DNA of 64,000 nucleotides from an uncultured bacterium (GTDB lineage Bacteria > Verrucomicrobiota > Verrucomicrobiia > Verrucomicrobiales > DEV007): positions 1-64,000 of the forward strand of contig CAXBMO010000006.1 in NCBI GenBank assembly GCA_963977015.1, read 5' to 3'. Position numbers and translations under genes: made by a program. Within the stretch, counting starts at the first letter, position 1; each line of letters begins with the position of its first letter. The notes beneath the pieces are model-generated. The model searched no databases, was not told where the DNA came from, and saw nothing but the letters and a program-made list of their open reading frames with translations. Below, in pieces: positions 20,083 through 31,200 of this stretch.

Positions 20083-20236
20083 TTTTGTTATTTTCTCAAC
20101 GAATGACAAGGTGGATAGGTTCCCGCTGTTATGGCGGGAATAGCCCACGGTTCACCTCAAAACACGCCGCTTCACGTTTGAAACTAACATGCTGCCAGAA
20201 TGCGGTTGAATGCTTCAGAGGCAGCCATATTGTCTA
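20083..20236 (-). ncRNA. IS110 left non-coding end, candidate bridge-RNA region
   Basis: ~150-nt structured region upstream of the IS110 ATG (GCTGCC/GGCAGC and TTCCCGC/GCGGGAA stems); position and size fit IS110 left-end RNAs; inference only. Confidence 0.45.
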
Positions 20237-20252
20237 GGCCGCTCCACCCGTC

Positions 20253-20546
20253 ATGCCCAAGTTCCACGTCAAAGACACGTTCACGATTGAGGGCAGACCG
20301 CATTTCGTGTTGGCTGGCTCTATCGTGGAGGGCGAGATTCGCCCCGGCATGTTTGTGCGCGTGCCTTTCAATTCGAGCACGGCGATGACGGCACGCATTG
20401 ACTGCATTGAGTTCGCCCGGCGGTTGGGCGGACACGAGGACACATGCTTGTGCATTCGTTGCACCGAGCCGGAGGAGTTGGAGATTTGGCGCGGCTTGGA
20501 CATTGGCGACGAGACTTTTGAGGTTACGACAGATGGCTCAGACTAG
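20253..20546 (+). CDS. Small protein resembling EF-Tu/EF-G domain II beta-barrel (cassette ORF)
   Basis: FHVKDTFTIEGRPHFVLAGSIVEGEIRPG resembles EF-Tu [21 protein letters not shown]. Confidence 0.65.
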   Translation: MPKFHVKDTFTIEGRPHFVLAGSIVEGEIRPGMFVRVPFNSSTAMTARIDCIEFARRLGGHEDTCLCIRCTEPEELEIWRGLDIGDETFEVTTDGSD

Positions 20547-20558
20547 ACACACAACGCG

Positions 20559-20651
20559 GCCTAACCATGCGCTGCAGCGAACCCGGAATGGCGTCGTGGT
20601 TTGCAATCATCGCGTCCCGTGGGCTGGTTCGCTGAGCTTGGGTCGTTCTGC
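20559..20651 (+). mobile_element. attC-like integron cassette recombination site
   Basis: R'' GCCTAAC, L'' GCTGCAGCGAACC pairing with L' GGTTCGCTGAGC (one extrahelical base), R' GTTCTGC; 93 bp; next ATG at 20658, 6 nt after R'. Confidence 0.8.
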
Positions 20652-20657
20652 TAAAAA

Positions 20658-21644
20658 ATGACTTCGCCTCTGGTCGCATCCTCCGCGAAACCTGCGGTAT
20701 GGGAATTCACTATTTCGCACGAAGAGCGCCCCGATGAAGACGTTAGGGCATGTGGCTCGATCTTCTACACGGATACAGCCGAGGAGATACACGAACTCGC
20801 AGAGCGAAGCAGTCTCAAGGTAAGAGAAAGCAAAGTAGATAAGTTGGCGGTCGAGCGGGACGGAGCATTTCCTGTTCATACATATTTAGAAGTTCGTGAG
20901 CCCGAGAACTCCAAGGCTCTTGAGGAGATCATTGCCGGACTTAGATCTTCCTATGGAATTGATCTTGCGCGGGATTCGCTGATCCCAAACGGCAATCGCT
21001 ACTTCTTTTGCATTCGCAAGGAGCGTGAGTTCACGAAGGCTCAGATCGAGGACGCACCGTATCTCCAGATTCATGCGACCAAGTTCCAGATCGGAACATG
21101 GCTTCAACCTACGGATGATCAGTATTCCCGAGGAGTCTACGCCGTTGAGAATAATAACAAGCAAGGAACGAAGGTTCAGTTTGGATTCCTCTCGCCGTTC
21201 CCACCCATCGGCGTCGATCACCAGTTGAAGGAAGAGCTCGAGAGACACTCCCTGGTTGGGCTTGAGTTCAAGCCGATCACTGTAGGTGCGAAGACCCGGA
21301 GACCGAAGAAGCCGATTTGGAACCTGTCGTCTTCCATTGTGCTACCACGAACGCAAACACGATTCATCAACAAGCATGGGCATGACAAAGAACCCTTTGA
21401 TGACTGGTCTGATCGCTGGGAGTCAGCGTTCTTCTACGATGACGGATACGATCCCCCTGTACTTCGGTTCACACAAGACCACCTCGATTCCCTTGGTGCC
21501 TTTGACGTGGCGCTTTCGGCCGAGCGAACTGGGAATGGCCCAAGAATCTCGTTTCCTAGCGTGATTGTTTCGCAGCGATTTCGAGGTGTGCTTGAAGAAT
21601 TGAAAATTCTTGGCGTTGGCTACACGCCTGTGGCGATAAACTAG
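20658..21644 (+). CDS. Hypothetical cassette protein with Imm11/DUF1629-like segments
   Basis: Two related segments, IGVDHQLKEELERHSLVGLEFKPI and IVSQRFRGVLEELKILGVGYTPV. Confidence 0.6.
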   Translation: MTSPLVASSAKPAVWEFTISHEERPDEDVRACGSIFYTDTAEEIHELAERSSLKVRESKVDKLAVERDGAFPVHTYLEVREPENSKALEEIIAGLRSSYGIDLARDSLIPNGNRYFFCIRKEREFTKAQIEDAPYLQIHATKFQIGTWLQPTDDQYSRGVYAVENNNKQGTKVQFGFLSPFPPIGVDHQLKEELERHSLVGLEFKPITVGAKTRRPKKPIWNLSSSIVLPRTQTRFINKHGHDKEPFDDWSDRWESAFFYDDGYDPPVLRFTQDHLDSLGAFDVALSAERTGNGPRISFPSVIVSQRFRGVLEELKILGVGYTPVAIN

Positions 21645-21734
21645 GCAAGAAGTCGCGGATGATCAACTGCCAGCCCGCCCAGGATTCTTTCGGTAGACGT
21701 GGCGCGAGGAAGGCGGCTAGGTAGATGAATCATC
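21645..21734 (+). repeat. Degenerate attC-like hairpin
   Basis: GATGATCAACTGCCAGCCCGCC (21658-21679) pairs imperfectly with GGCGGCTAGGTAGATGAATCATC (21712-21734); starts right after the stop; GCAAGAA resembles the expected GCAGAAC. Confidence 0.45.
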
Positions 21735-21763
21735 ACCATCATCCCCCTATCAAGCGTAAAAAA

Positions 21764-23854
21764 ATGATCGGAAACCGAATCCCATTCTTCCTGATTTCGC
21801 TGGCGATTGCCGGATCGGCAGCGTCGGCATGGTCTGAGGAAACTTTCCTGCTGAGCAATAATCTCTCAGGCACGAAAGGTATCCCCAAGGCCTTTAGCGA
21901 GTGGCCTCAGAGTCTCAGGACGAAGATGAACGTCGAGTGGGTCACGGAAGGAGAGTTCGCTTCTGACGCGGAGGCGATGAAGACCGGGAAAGGGCGCGTT
22001 CTCTTCGATGGCAATACGGGCAGTAACTGGAAGAGCATCTCCTACAGCAAATGGAGTGGCGGCCAGTGGGCGACGTTGAACGTGAGCTTTGAGAAAGCGT
22101 ATTTGATCCGGGCGGTCGATGTTTGGGCGCTGCACGAAGAGACTCGCGATACGGAATACGTGGAGATCCTTTTTAGTAAGGATGGGAAGAGCTACATCCC
22201 GCATCAACGAACCGAGATGCCGGATGTGCCGCTGAAATCGAAGAACTTCGTCAAGATTCCCCTGCGCCTGGAGGAGCCGGTTCTGGCTCAGTACCTGCAG
22301 CTGCGAATTCGCCGGAAGAAAAGCGCCCGCCAACAACAGATCGCGGACATTGCCATTTGGGGAAGCAAGCCGGACAGCAAGAAAAAATACCTGTCCGCCA
22401 CCGACCGTCCGGAGGTCGAGTTTTCCGTGAAAAAGGTTCAGGCTGGCGTGGCCGTGATCGACTGGAGTGCCTACCGGAAACTGAATCCCGGAGTGAAATC
22501 CTGGACCCTCTACCGCAGCTCCAAACCCTTCGATTCGATCCAGGAGGACGGCGTCGAGCTCCTCAAAACGGTCGACGGGAAGGAAGGGCGCGCCCCGGTC
22601 TATCCGTTGAAGGCGGGCCGGACCTATCACCTCGCGGTGAGCGCGGTCTTTAACGAAGGCGAGAACCCGAAGGTCAAGTCGATCGAATGCGCCATGCCCT
22701 TGCCATTGGCCTGCGACACGTTCTCCGACATGGTCGCGATCAACCATTTCTGGGGCGGCGGCGCCAACCGCAAGAAGGATCCGGAACGCCATGCGGAGGC
22801 CTATGAAACGGTTGCCCTGGATCTCCTCGGTCAAACCGGCATCTCGCACGTCCGCTGGTGGTTGACTGATCGCCGCATCGTTGAGAAGTTGTATCACAAG
22901 GGAATCGGCCTCTACACCTATCCCTATGGCAGCAACATGGAGAAGGGAATCGACTTGGGCGTGCACGTCTTTTCCGGCCCCGGGAATGAACCGGATTTGA
23001 AAGACGATCCGGTCGAAAACTACGTCAATGCGCTCAAGGTCGTTCATGCCAAGAAAGAACGGCTCAGTCCGGAGTCGGTCATCTGCGCCCCATCGAGCAA
23101 TCTGGAGGACAGCTCCCTCGCATGGCTCGAGGAGTTCTATCAGCTCGGCGCGAAGGATCACTTCGACGTCCTCGATCTGCACACCTACTGCAAGATCGCC
23201 GACGGTCATCTCCAACCGAAAGGTTATCCGAAAGGCGCGCCCGAAGCGATGTTCGACAACATGCGCAAAGTGCGGGACATCCTCGAAAAGCACGGCGACT
23301 GGGGAAAGCCGATGATTTCGACGGAGTTCGGCTACAGCGATGCCCCGGCCAACAATCCGTCGGGCCCAATCACGCCAAGGATGAAGGCGGACTACCTCGT
23401 GAGAGGATTGATCATCCACCACGTGCTCGGCTTCCAGCGTGTCTTCCTGTATTCGTTTTTCGACGATGGCGACGACATCAACTTCACCGAACACACCTTC
23501 GGGTTGATCGATTACCACCTGCAGAAAAAGCCTGCTTTCCATGCCGTGCAAACCCTCATGAACACACTGGACGATGGGATTTACGAGGGACTGGTCGAAG
23601 GCGTCCAACGACCCGCCTACGGGTATGAGTTCCGGCATCGTGACTCGAATAAGAAGAAGACGGTGGTGCTTTGGGACGGAACCGGAGAGAGAACCGCCAC
23701 GTTCAAGACCAGTGCCGCTGAAGTTACGCTAACGACACTGCTGGGAGAAAGTCTGACCTTGATTCCCAATCCGGATGGGCTGGTGACGGTGACCTTCGGC
23801 TCTTCACCGGTTTACCTGAGCTCGACTTCCGATCTGGAATTGGTGAAGTTCTGA
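21764..23854 (+). CDS. Secreted clan GH-A glycoside hydrolase (GH39/GH5-like) with N-terminal discoidin and Fn3-like domains
   Basis: NEPD acid/base motif, FDVLDLHTY, ISTEFGY nucleophile motif, FGLID...KKPAF. Confidence 0.8.
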   Translation: MIGNRIPFFLISLAIAGSAASAWSEETFLLSNNLSGTKGIPKAFSEWPQSLRTKMNVEWVTEGEFASDAEAMKTGKGRVLFDGNTGSNWKSISYSKWSGGQWATLNVSFEKAYLIRAVDVWALHEETRDTEYVEILFSKDGKSYIPHQRTEMPDVPLKSKNFVKIPLRLEEPVLAQYLQLRIRRKKSARQQQIADIAIWGSKPDSKKKYLSATDRPEVEFSVKKVQAGVAVIDWSAYRKLNPGVKSWTLYRSSKPFDSIQEDGVELLKTVDGKEGRAPVYPLKAGRTYHLAVSAVFNEGENPKVKSIECAMPLPLACDTFSDMVAINHFWGGGANRKKDPERHAEAYETVALDLLGQTGISHVRWWLTDRRIVEKLYHKGIGLYTYPYGSNMEKGIDLGVHVFSGPGNEPDLKDDPVENYVNALKVVHAKKERLSPESVICAPSSNLEDSSLAWLEEFYQLGAKDHFDVLDLHTYCKIADGHLQPKGYPKGAPEAMFDNMRKVRDILEKHGDWGKPMISTEFGYSDAPANNPSGPITPRMKADYLVRGLIIHHVLGFQRVFLYSFFDDGDDINFTEHTFGLIDYHLQKKPAFHAVQTLMNTLDDGIYEGLVEGVQRPAYGYEFRHRDSNKKKTVVLWDGTGERTATFKTSAAEVTLTTLLGESLTLIPNPDGLVTVTFGSSPVYLSSTSDLELVKF

Positions 23855-23910
23855 AATCGCCGATCGATCCCGCGCTTGAAGCGACTGACGAACGGCTCCC
23901 TGCTGTTGGT

Positions 23911-24633
23911 CTACTTTCTTTCCACTTTGCCATCCACCTGCTGCGCCATTTTCTGTTCCTGTCCTTTGGGCTCCGGGCCTTCGCTGATGTTCCAGGCCAG
24001 GGTGATGCGTGGGCGTTTGCCGGCGTAAGGGTGGACGAAGTGAAGGAGCAACGCGGGGAAAAGCAGCATGGCTCCGGGAATGACTTCCGGCATCATCCCG
24101 CGCGTGGGGCAGTATTCCCGGCTGGAACAACACCAGGGAATGCGCGGATCCATGAGCTCGAATTTGCCTGACAAAGACGATCCGGGAGCTTCGTCGCCCA
24201 AATCCAGAAAATAGACGGCGGCGCCCTGCGATTCGTAGTGGGCGTGGGGCGCGGAATAGTCGCCGGTTTCCAGGACATTGACCCAACGATCCACGGTGTG
24301 GGCAATCCGTTTGCCGGTGGCCTGACAAAACATCAAAAGCGCCCGTTGGGTGAGGAGTTTGGCGAACGGAAGATTCCAGATCTCGGGGTTGCGAATCTTT
24401 TTGCCGCCATAGCCTCGGGTGTTTTCCGGTTGTAGTTCGGCACTTTGCAGAATCTCCCGGATGAAACCCTGCCGAAGATCCTCATCCTCCAGAAAGGCCA
24501 TGGCGTGGATGCGCGGGTCATTCAGGGTTTGCGACTTTTGACCTTGAGGCCACACCGGTATCTCCCGGCCATCAATTGGGACCTTCGTGGCAAAAATCCG
24601 GCTGGGATTCTCCTCGGGTAACGTAATTTCCAT
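23911..24633 (-). CDS. Putative 2OG-Fe(II) oxygenase (TIGR02466-like)
   Basis: WVNV..GDYSAPHAH, AVYFL, DPR, LFPALLLHFVHP, RITLAWN. Confidence 0.85.
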   Translation of the reverse strand: MEITLPEENPSRIFATKVPIDGREIPVWPQGQKSQTLNDPRIHAMAFLEDEDLRQGFIREILQSAELQPENTRGYGGKKIRNPEIWNLPFAKLLTQRALLMFCQATGKRIAHTVDRWVNVLETGDYSAPHAHYESQGAAVYFLDLGDEAPGSSLSGKFELMDPRIPWCCSSREYCPTRGMMPEVIPGAMLLFPALLLHFVHPYAGKRPRITLAWNISEGPEPKGQEQKMAQQVDGKVERK

Positions 24634-25270
24634 GAGCTATCGGGCCCTACTTTCGCGATTTTGACACTGCAATCCGCACTTTTTTCCCCGAGCGGCGAAT
24701 TTTTTTGTGACTTCAGGGTGGCCAAGCGCGGCTGGTTCAGGTATCAACAAGTCCTGTCTTTAAAAACCCCCTTTTGTGACAGAAATCGAGGCATCTCAAA
24801 GTTGGCAACTCTCCACGTACCGTGGTCGAGATGCTTTCGTGTTGGGTCCTGATGAGGACGCAGTGGCGAAAACATCGAGGCTGCAGGTCACGGAGGCACC
24901 GGAAGATCGTGCGGTCATAGCCTTGGAGGAATGCGATGCGCCACCGAAGCGAAAGGTTTTTTGTTCGTGGACCGGCGGCCCGAGAGAGCGCCGACGTCGG
25001 GCCAATTGCCCCATTACACTGACAACCAAGAAGTTTGGGCGCCCTTGGAATCTGCTCTGCCAGGTCGTGGGCCGGCCCCCATTGCGGCGTTACACCCGCT
25101 TGTTTGGCGGCAGCGCTCCAAGAGCAATGTCGGATGACGAGTTGGATTCGAGTGAGATCCGGGGTGTGCCAATTTTTACGAGATTTAGTCCTCTGGGGCG
25201 GTTTAGGCCGGTCAGAGGATTTGTTGTATCTGCTTAACGATTTTCTTTCTGATCCCAAAAACCCCAAGCT

Positions 25271-28200
25271 ATGAGTAAGAGATCCAAGCCCACGAAGCGA
25301 CTTCACGGAAACCGGAGAACCGGTTCCAGGAAGTTGGCGGAGGGCAAACTGCTGCTGGAAACCCTGGAACCCCGAATTCTGTATTCGGGGTCGCCAGTTC
25401 CTGAAGCGGCTCCCGAGCCAGACGATTCGACGCCGGAACCCGCCCACGTTGCGCCTGCGTCCCTCGCGCCCGCCAGTTCTGAAGTGCTTCTCACGCCCGC
25501 GTCCGATCCAACAGCGGCGGAAACACCGGCACCGGCCGTGGACGAAGCTTCGGAAGATCCTGCCGTATCCGGGGATGAACCGGGTTCTGAAAGCGTTGCC
25601 GCAGATCCTGACTTAACCACCGAAGTCGTCCAAACCGTGGCGGAAGCGGCCGCGGATCGTTGGGCCGCATCAGGGCTGAGCACGGAGCAAACCGAGGCGC
25701 TGAATCAGATCACCTACGAAATCGCGGATCTCGCCGATGGCCGTCTCGCGAAGGTTCATGGATTCAGCATCACCATTGATGACGACGCCGGGGGCCAAAG
25801 CTGGTTTATCGATCAGACGCCGGAGGACGATTCCGAATTTGTCTCGGAAATTCCCGCTCCCGAAGCGCGCGATCGCCTGGATTTGTTGACGGTGTTGATT
25901 CACGAGCAGGGCCATGTTTTGGGACTTACGGATTTCACGGGTGGCAACTCGTCCGACAACGTGATGGACGCCTATCTGAAAGTGGGCGAACGCAATTTGC
26001 CGACCGCCAATCAGGCGGAAGGAGCGACGCCCGGCTCGTTGCAGGGTGAGCGATTCATGAGTGGGACGCCGCTGACGGGAGCCACAGGTCCTGGGGGATT
26101 GGCCGGTGCCGTTCCGGCGGATCTGCGGCTGTGGTTGGATGGTTCCGACCTGGATGCGGACGGGGTCGTTGATGCGTTGGCGGATGGAACCGTGATCACG
26201 GAGTGGCTCGACAAATCCGGGCAAGGAAACGATGCCGATGGCGTGATCGGGACGCCGTTTGTGATCGCGTCGGGTCCCGGAGGCCAACAGTCAGTCGGTT
26301 TCAGCAGTGCGGGCGGCACCGATCAGTTGTTCACGAGCTACAACTTCGACAATCTGGGCGCGGACTACACGATGTTTGCCGTTTCCGGTTACACGGGTGG
26401 GGACAACGAGCGGCTCATCACGTCGAAAACGCGCAACTGGCTGTTTGGTCATCACGGGAATCGGGATGAACGTTGGTATGCCGAAGGATGGATTCACTCC
26501 ACGGGAACGGCCAATTCGACCGACACCAATATCTACTCCGGAATCATCGGTCCGAGCGTGAACGGGAATGCTGGGGATCCGGGCGCGGATTTCTGGGTGA
26601 ATGGAAGTCAATTGACGGACAACGACGCGGGCTCGAACAACACAAACTACAAACCGGGAGCGCTGGCGCTGGGTGCCTACACTAGCGGTGGAGAGTCTTC
26701 GAACGCTCAGGTCGCGGAGGTGATCATCTTCGATCGTGCCTTGAACGATGCCGAACGCATCATCGTGCAGAACTACCTCAACGCGAAGTATGAGATCGAT
26801 ATTGGTGGCGAGGATTTTTATGATGGAGCGCTGGGATACGACATCGATTTGATGGGAGTGGGCAGCGCGTCGAGCAATATCGCGGGTGAGGTGTTGGTGA
26901 ACGGTGGCGCGGGTTTGGGCATCGCCGTTGATGCGCTCGGCGATGGGGAATTTGCCTTGGCTGCCCACGATGGCGGCGTGGGTCGAACCTCGATCGGAGT
27001 CCCATCGGGGCTGGAGACGCGCTGGAACCGGGAATGGTACATCGATGTGACCGCAGCCGGCACGGATGGCCAACTGGTTTTCGATTTCAGCGATGCCGGC
27101 GAGACCCTGACCGCGGAATCGCGCTTTAGTCTGCTGAAAAGCACCGATGACGGGACCACTTTCACGGCGCTAACCACAGTGGAGATCGGAGATCCCGGAA
27201 TTTCCGGCGATACGATCACGTTCGACATCGCGGCGGCGGATTTGACCGACGGAATTTACACGCTCGGAACCGCGGCGAGCCTCCCCTTGGTGAGCCCGAG
27301 CGATTCGGGATTGAACTATGTGTCCGGCGGCCCGGCGGTGGTGTTGGATCCGGGTTTGGTGGTTTCGGATTTCGACAGCCCCAATTTCGCCAGCGCGACG
27401 GTTACGGTTCAGGGCGCGACCGACGATGTGCTGAATTTCACCGATCAAAACGGCATCACCGGTTCGTATGCCGGTGGAGTGTTGACGCTGACGGGCGATG
27501 CGAGTGTGGCTGACTATCAAGCGGCGGTTCGTTCGGTTACCTACGAGAAAGCGGCCGGATCCGGAACGCGCACGATCGAGTTTACCTTCACCGATCCCGA
27601 TTCCAACGTCGGCACGGGAACGCGAGCGTTGTCGGTTCAGGCACCGGGCGAGGCGCTCCGGTTCATCTGGGATGGCGATTCGGATAGCGATGGCGATGGG
27701 TCGTCTTTCGCGGATGGAAACAACTGGGCAGAAGGCTCGGCGCCCGGTGTTCACGACGCCATTGTTCTGCAAAACGCCGATCCGGGACCGATCGATCTCG
27801 GAGGCGCCACGATCACGGTCGCGGAGTTGGTTTTGGAGAACGACCAGGATTTTCAGATCATCAACGGCACGCTCAATGTCGGCAAGATCATCACGACGGG
27901 CTCGGGCACCACGCAGATCGATGCGCAATTCAGCTCAACCGGAGATCAGACGTTGGATTCGGGCACGCTGGTCCTGACGAATCAGAACAACACGATCGCC
28001 GGGAACTGGACCGTGGCGGCGGGCGGCACGCTTCAGGTTTCCTCTTCGGAATCGAGTGATGCGCTGGGGGACGCGGCGCTGATCATGGACGGAGGAACGC
28101 TCAACCTGGATACCTCGCCGGGGAGTATCCCCGCGTTGATCCATCGCGGTTACCATCTTTCCGACAACAACGTGGAAAGCCTGCTTGCCACGACACCGGA

Positions 28201-31200
28201 TGGCGAAGCGCTCCTGACGGATGGGCCCGGTAACCGTGGTCTCGATTTCAACAACGATGCGGATTTCATCGGCTCGGGAGCGATTGGGCAAAGTGACAAT
28301 TTCACGAACCTGTGGACCGGCACCCTGAACGCGCAGAATGATCCGGGCGACTACGTGTTCCGCATCAACTCGCGCGATGACAACGCCTATATTTTCGTCG
28401 ATGTGAATGGCGACGGGCTGGATCAAGGCGATTTAACCAATAACAACAACCAGAGCACCAATGTCACCGTCAGTAACCTGACGGGGCCAACGGAAATTGC
28501 GGTGATTCATCGGGAAGGCGGAGGTGGCTCGCATGTCGACATCCAGATCCAGTCACCGTCCATGAGCGGCAGAGAGTCGATCAAGCCGACTTCTCCAAAC
28601 CAGGCCGGATTGTGGACCTCCACGCAGGACCTGGGCCGGTTGGACAATGCGGTAACCGTCGTTTCCGCATCGACCATCGCGGTGGCGAGTGCCGCGTCCA
28701 GTCCCAAGGTTACCCTGACCAATCTCACCATCGCCGATGGCGTGACCTTGACGACGGACGGGGGTGGGGGACAACTGATTACCGAAGGCTCCACGTTGGA
28801 AGGAGCGGTCAACATCGCCAGTGAAAATGGCGAAATGGTGTTTCGCGGGGCGCGGGACGGAGCCGGAACCGGGACGATGACGGTGACAACCGGTAAGGTG
28901 CGAATGGATGAGGCGAACGCCTACACGGGCCTGACCACGGTCGAGAGTGGCGCAACGCTGATTGTGAGCGGCACCGGGACTGCGGGAACGGCCGACGGAA
29001 GCGAAGCGCAGGGAACGGTGGTGCGCGATGGCGGCACCCTGACTTTGGGGACGACCTTTGCCGATTTTGTGGTGTTGGAAGGCGAAATCAACGGCGCGGG
29101 AACCTTGGCGGGAGATGTGCGGCTTGAGGATGCTGCCACGATTCAATCCATTGCCAATTTTTACGTCGAAGGCCAGATCGATACCAATGGCCATGCGTTG
29201 ACGTTGGATGTGATCGGCCAGATGGAACTGCAGAACGGCGGTGGAATCACGGGGTCGGGCAACCTGACCAAGACCGGCACGAGCCAGTTGGTTTCCGAAA
29301 CGACTGCGGTGAACGCTTTTACCGGCGATTTGAACATTGCGGCGGGAACCTGGGAGGCGCAGGCGGACGACGGCTTGGGAGCTGCGGGCGGGTCCACCAC
29401 AATCAGCGGCAGTGGGTTGCTGGATCTGCGGAATTCGATCACGCTGTCCGACGACATCACGGTGACGCGCAGTGGAGTGGCGATTCGCAGTGAAACCGGG
29501 GACAACACCCTGGCTGGTGTGGTGACGTTTACGGCCGATCCCACGATTCAGGTGAATGGGGGCACCAGCATCACGATTCCGCAGGCAATTCAGGGAAACC
29601 GCACCCTGACGAAGACACAAACCGGCATCCTGATTCTGCAGAGCGACAACCAGTTGGCGAACTTTGATCTCGCCGGCGGCACGGTCCGGATTTCCACGCT
29701 GAACGGACTGGGATCGACCACCACCGTGGATATCGACAACGGAGAAACCTTGGAGTTTGACGGGGATCACACGTTCAATTCCGGAACGACCCTGAATACG
29801 GTGAACGTTAATAGTGGGTGGATTTCCAGCTCGAGCGGAACCACGACCCTGGAGAGCACGTTTTCGATCAACCTGGACTTTTTCGGTTCGATTGGATTCG
29901 GCGGCGAAGGCAATCTGAATGTTGAAACGACTTTCGGGAATGGAATCACCACTTTCACGACGGGCCTGGACCACTACGGCTATCACATCAACAATGATAA
30001 CCTGGCGCTGAACCTGGACGGCAACGGTGGAATGCTGAATGGCGGCAACCCAACCGGATTTACCAACTTCAATGGCGCGACCCTGCTGGTGAATGGCCCG
30101 GACGACCGGGGATTGGATTTCAACAATGACAATGACTTCATTCTTTCCGGCGCGATTTCCCAGAGCGATAGTTACTCCAATCTCTGGATCGGCTATCTCA
30201 CCGCGGACGAGTCCGGAACCTGGCAGCTTCGCAATGGCGGAAATGACGACCGCGCCGGGATTTGGATCGATACAGATCAGAGTGGGACGTTCGTTTCGAC
30301 CTCTTCGGGATTGGGCGACAATCGCGGTGAGCAATTGGCCTGGGAGAATACCGGAGCCAAGTCCGTCGACTTGATCGCTGGTCAGAGTTACCTCGTGGCG
30401 TTTACCCACCGGGAAGGCGGTGGCGGATCCAGTGTGGATTTCCGGTTCAAGTCACCTTCGGGCACCGAAACGATCATCAACCCCGGCGACCCGGCTCAGG
30501 CGGGGCTCTGGAGTCCGTATTTGCTGACCGGGGCCCAGAACGATCTCATCAAGGCCGGCAACGGCACGGTCAGTCTGAGTGTGGGCAACACGTTTAACGG
30601 AAGCGTGACGATCGAAGATGGCACCTTGGTTGCAGCGCATGACGGAGCGTTGGGAATCAGCGACGATGGAACTGATGTGGACGAAATCACGATTCGCCCG
30701 GGCGGCACGCTGGCGTTGGATGGCGGGATTACGATTGGCGATCACGAAACGACGATTCATGCCGGCGGCACGGGAGCCAGCGGACAAGCCGGTGCCTTGA
30801 CGGCGTTGAGTGGGGCGAACGTCCTCATGGGCGACATCGTTGCCGACGTGGTCGGGTCGACGATATTCGGCCTGGGCGCGGAAGCCGGGGCGACGTTGAC
30901 GCTGGAAGGGGGCGACGGTGACTCGTTCGATCTAGGCGTGTATGCGTTGCTGGTCGATGGAGGCGGCGACGTGGTTGTGAACGCGGATCTGAGCGGCACG
31001 GGCGGAAGCGGGGAACAGAATCTTGGTTATGTGACCGGTTACCTCTTCACCGGCAACGACATGGATTTGCCGGACGACAGTTCGCAAATCGCCAGCAAAC
31101 TGTTCGTCGCCGATGAAGTTTATTTTTCGGATGAATCGGCATCGATCAACTTCTGGGGCGAGGATTTGACCTCGTATGGGACCGACAACTGGGCACAATC

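Noticed and set aside
21725..21763. MNHHHHP His-rich N-terminus
   Set aside because: Derives from the decayed hairpin; the likelier start is ATG 21764, before the signal peptide.
24847..24875. CTGATGA...GAAA hammerhead-like core
   Set aside because: Stem II cannot form and the CTGATGA lies inside its own hairpin.
25106..25117. GGCGGCAGCGCT resembling an RfaH ops element
   Set aside because: Mismatches at conserved T positions; expected by chance at this GC content.
24776..25237. 153-aa ORF upstream of the giant gene
   Set aside because: Arg/Pro-rich, no motif, overlaps hairpins; more likely a non-coding leader.
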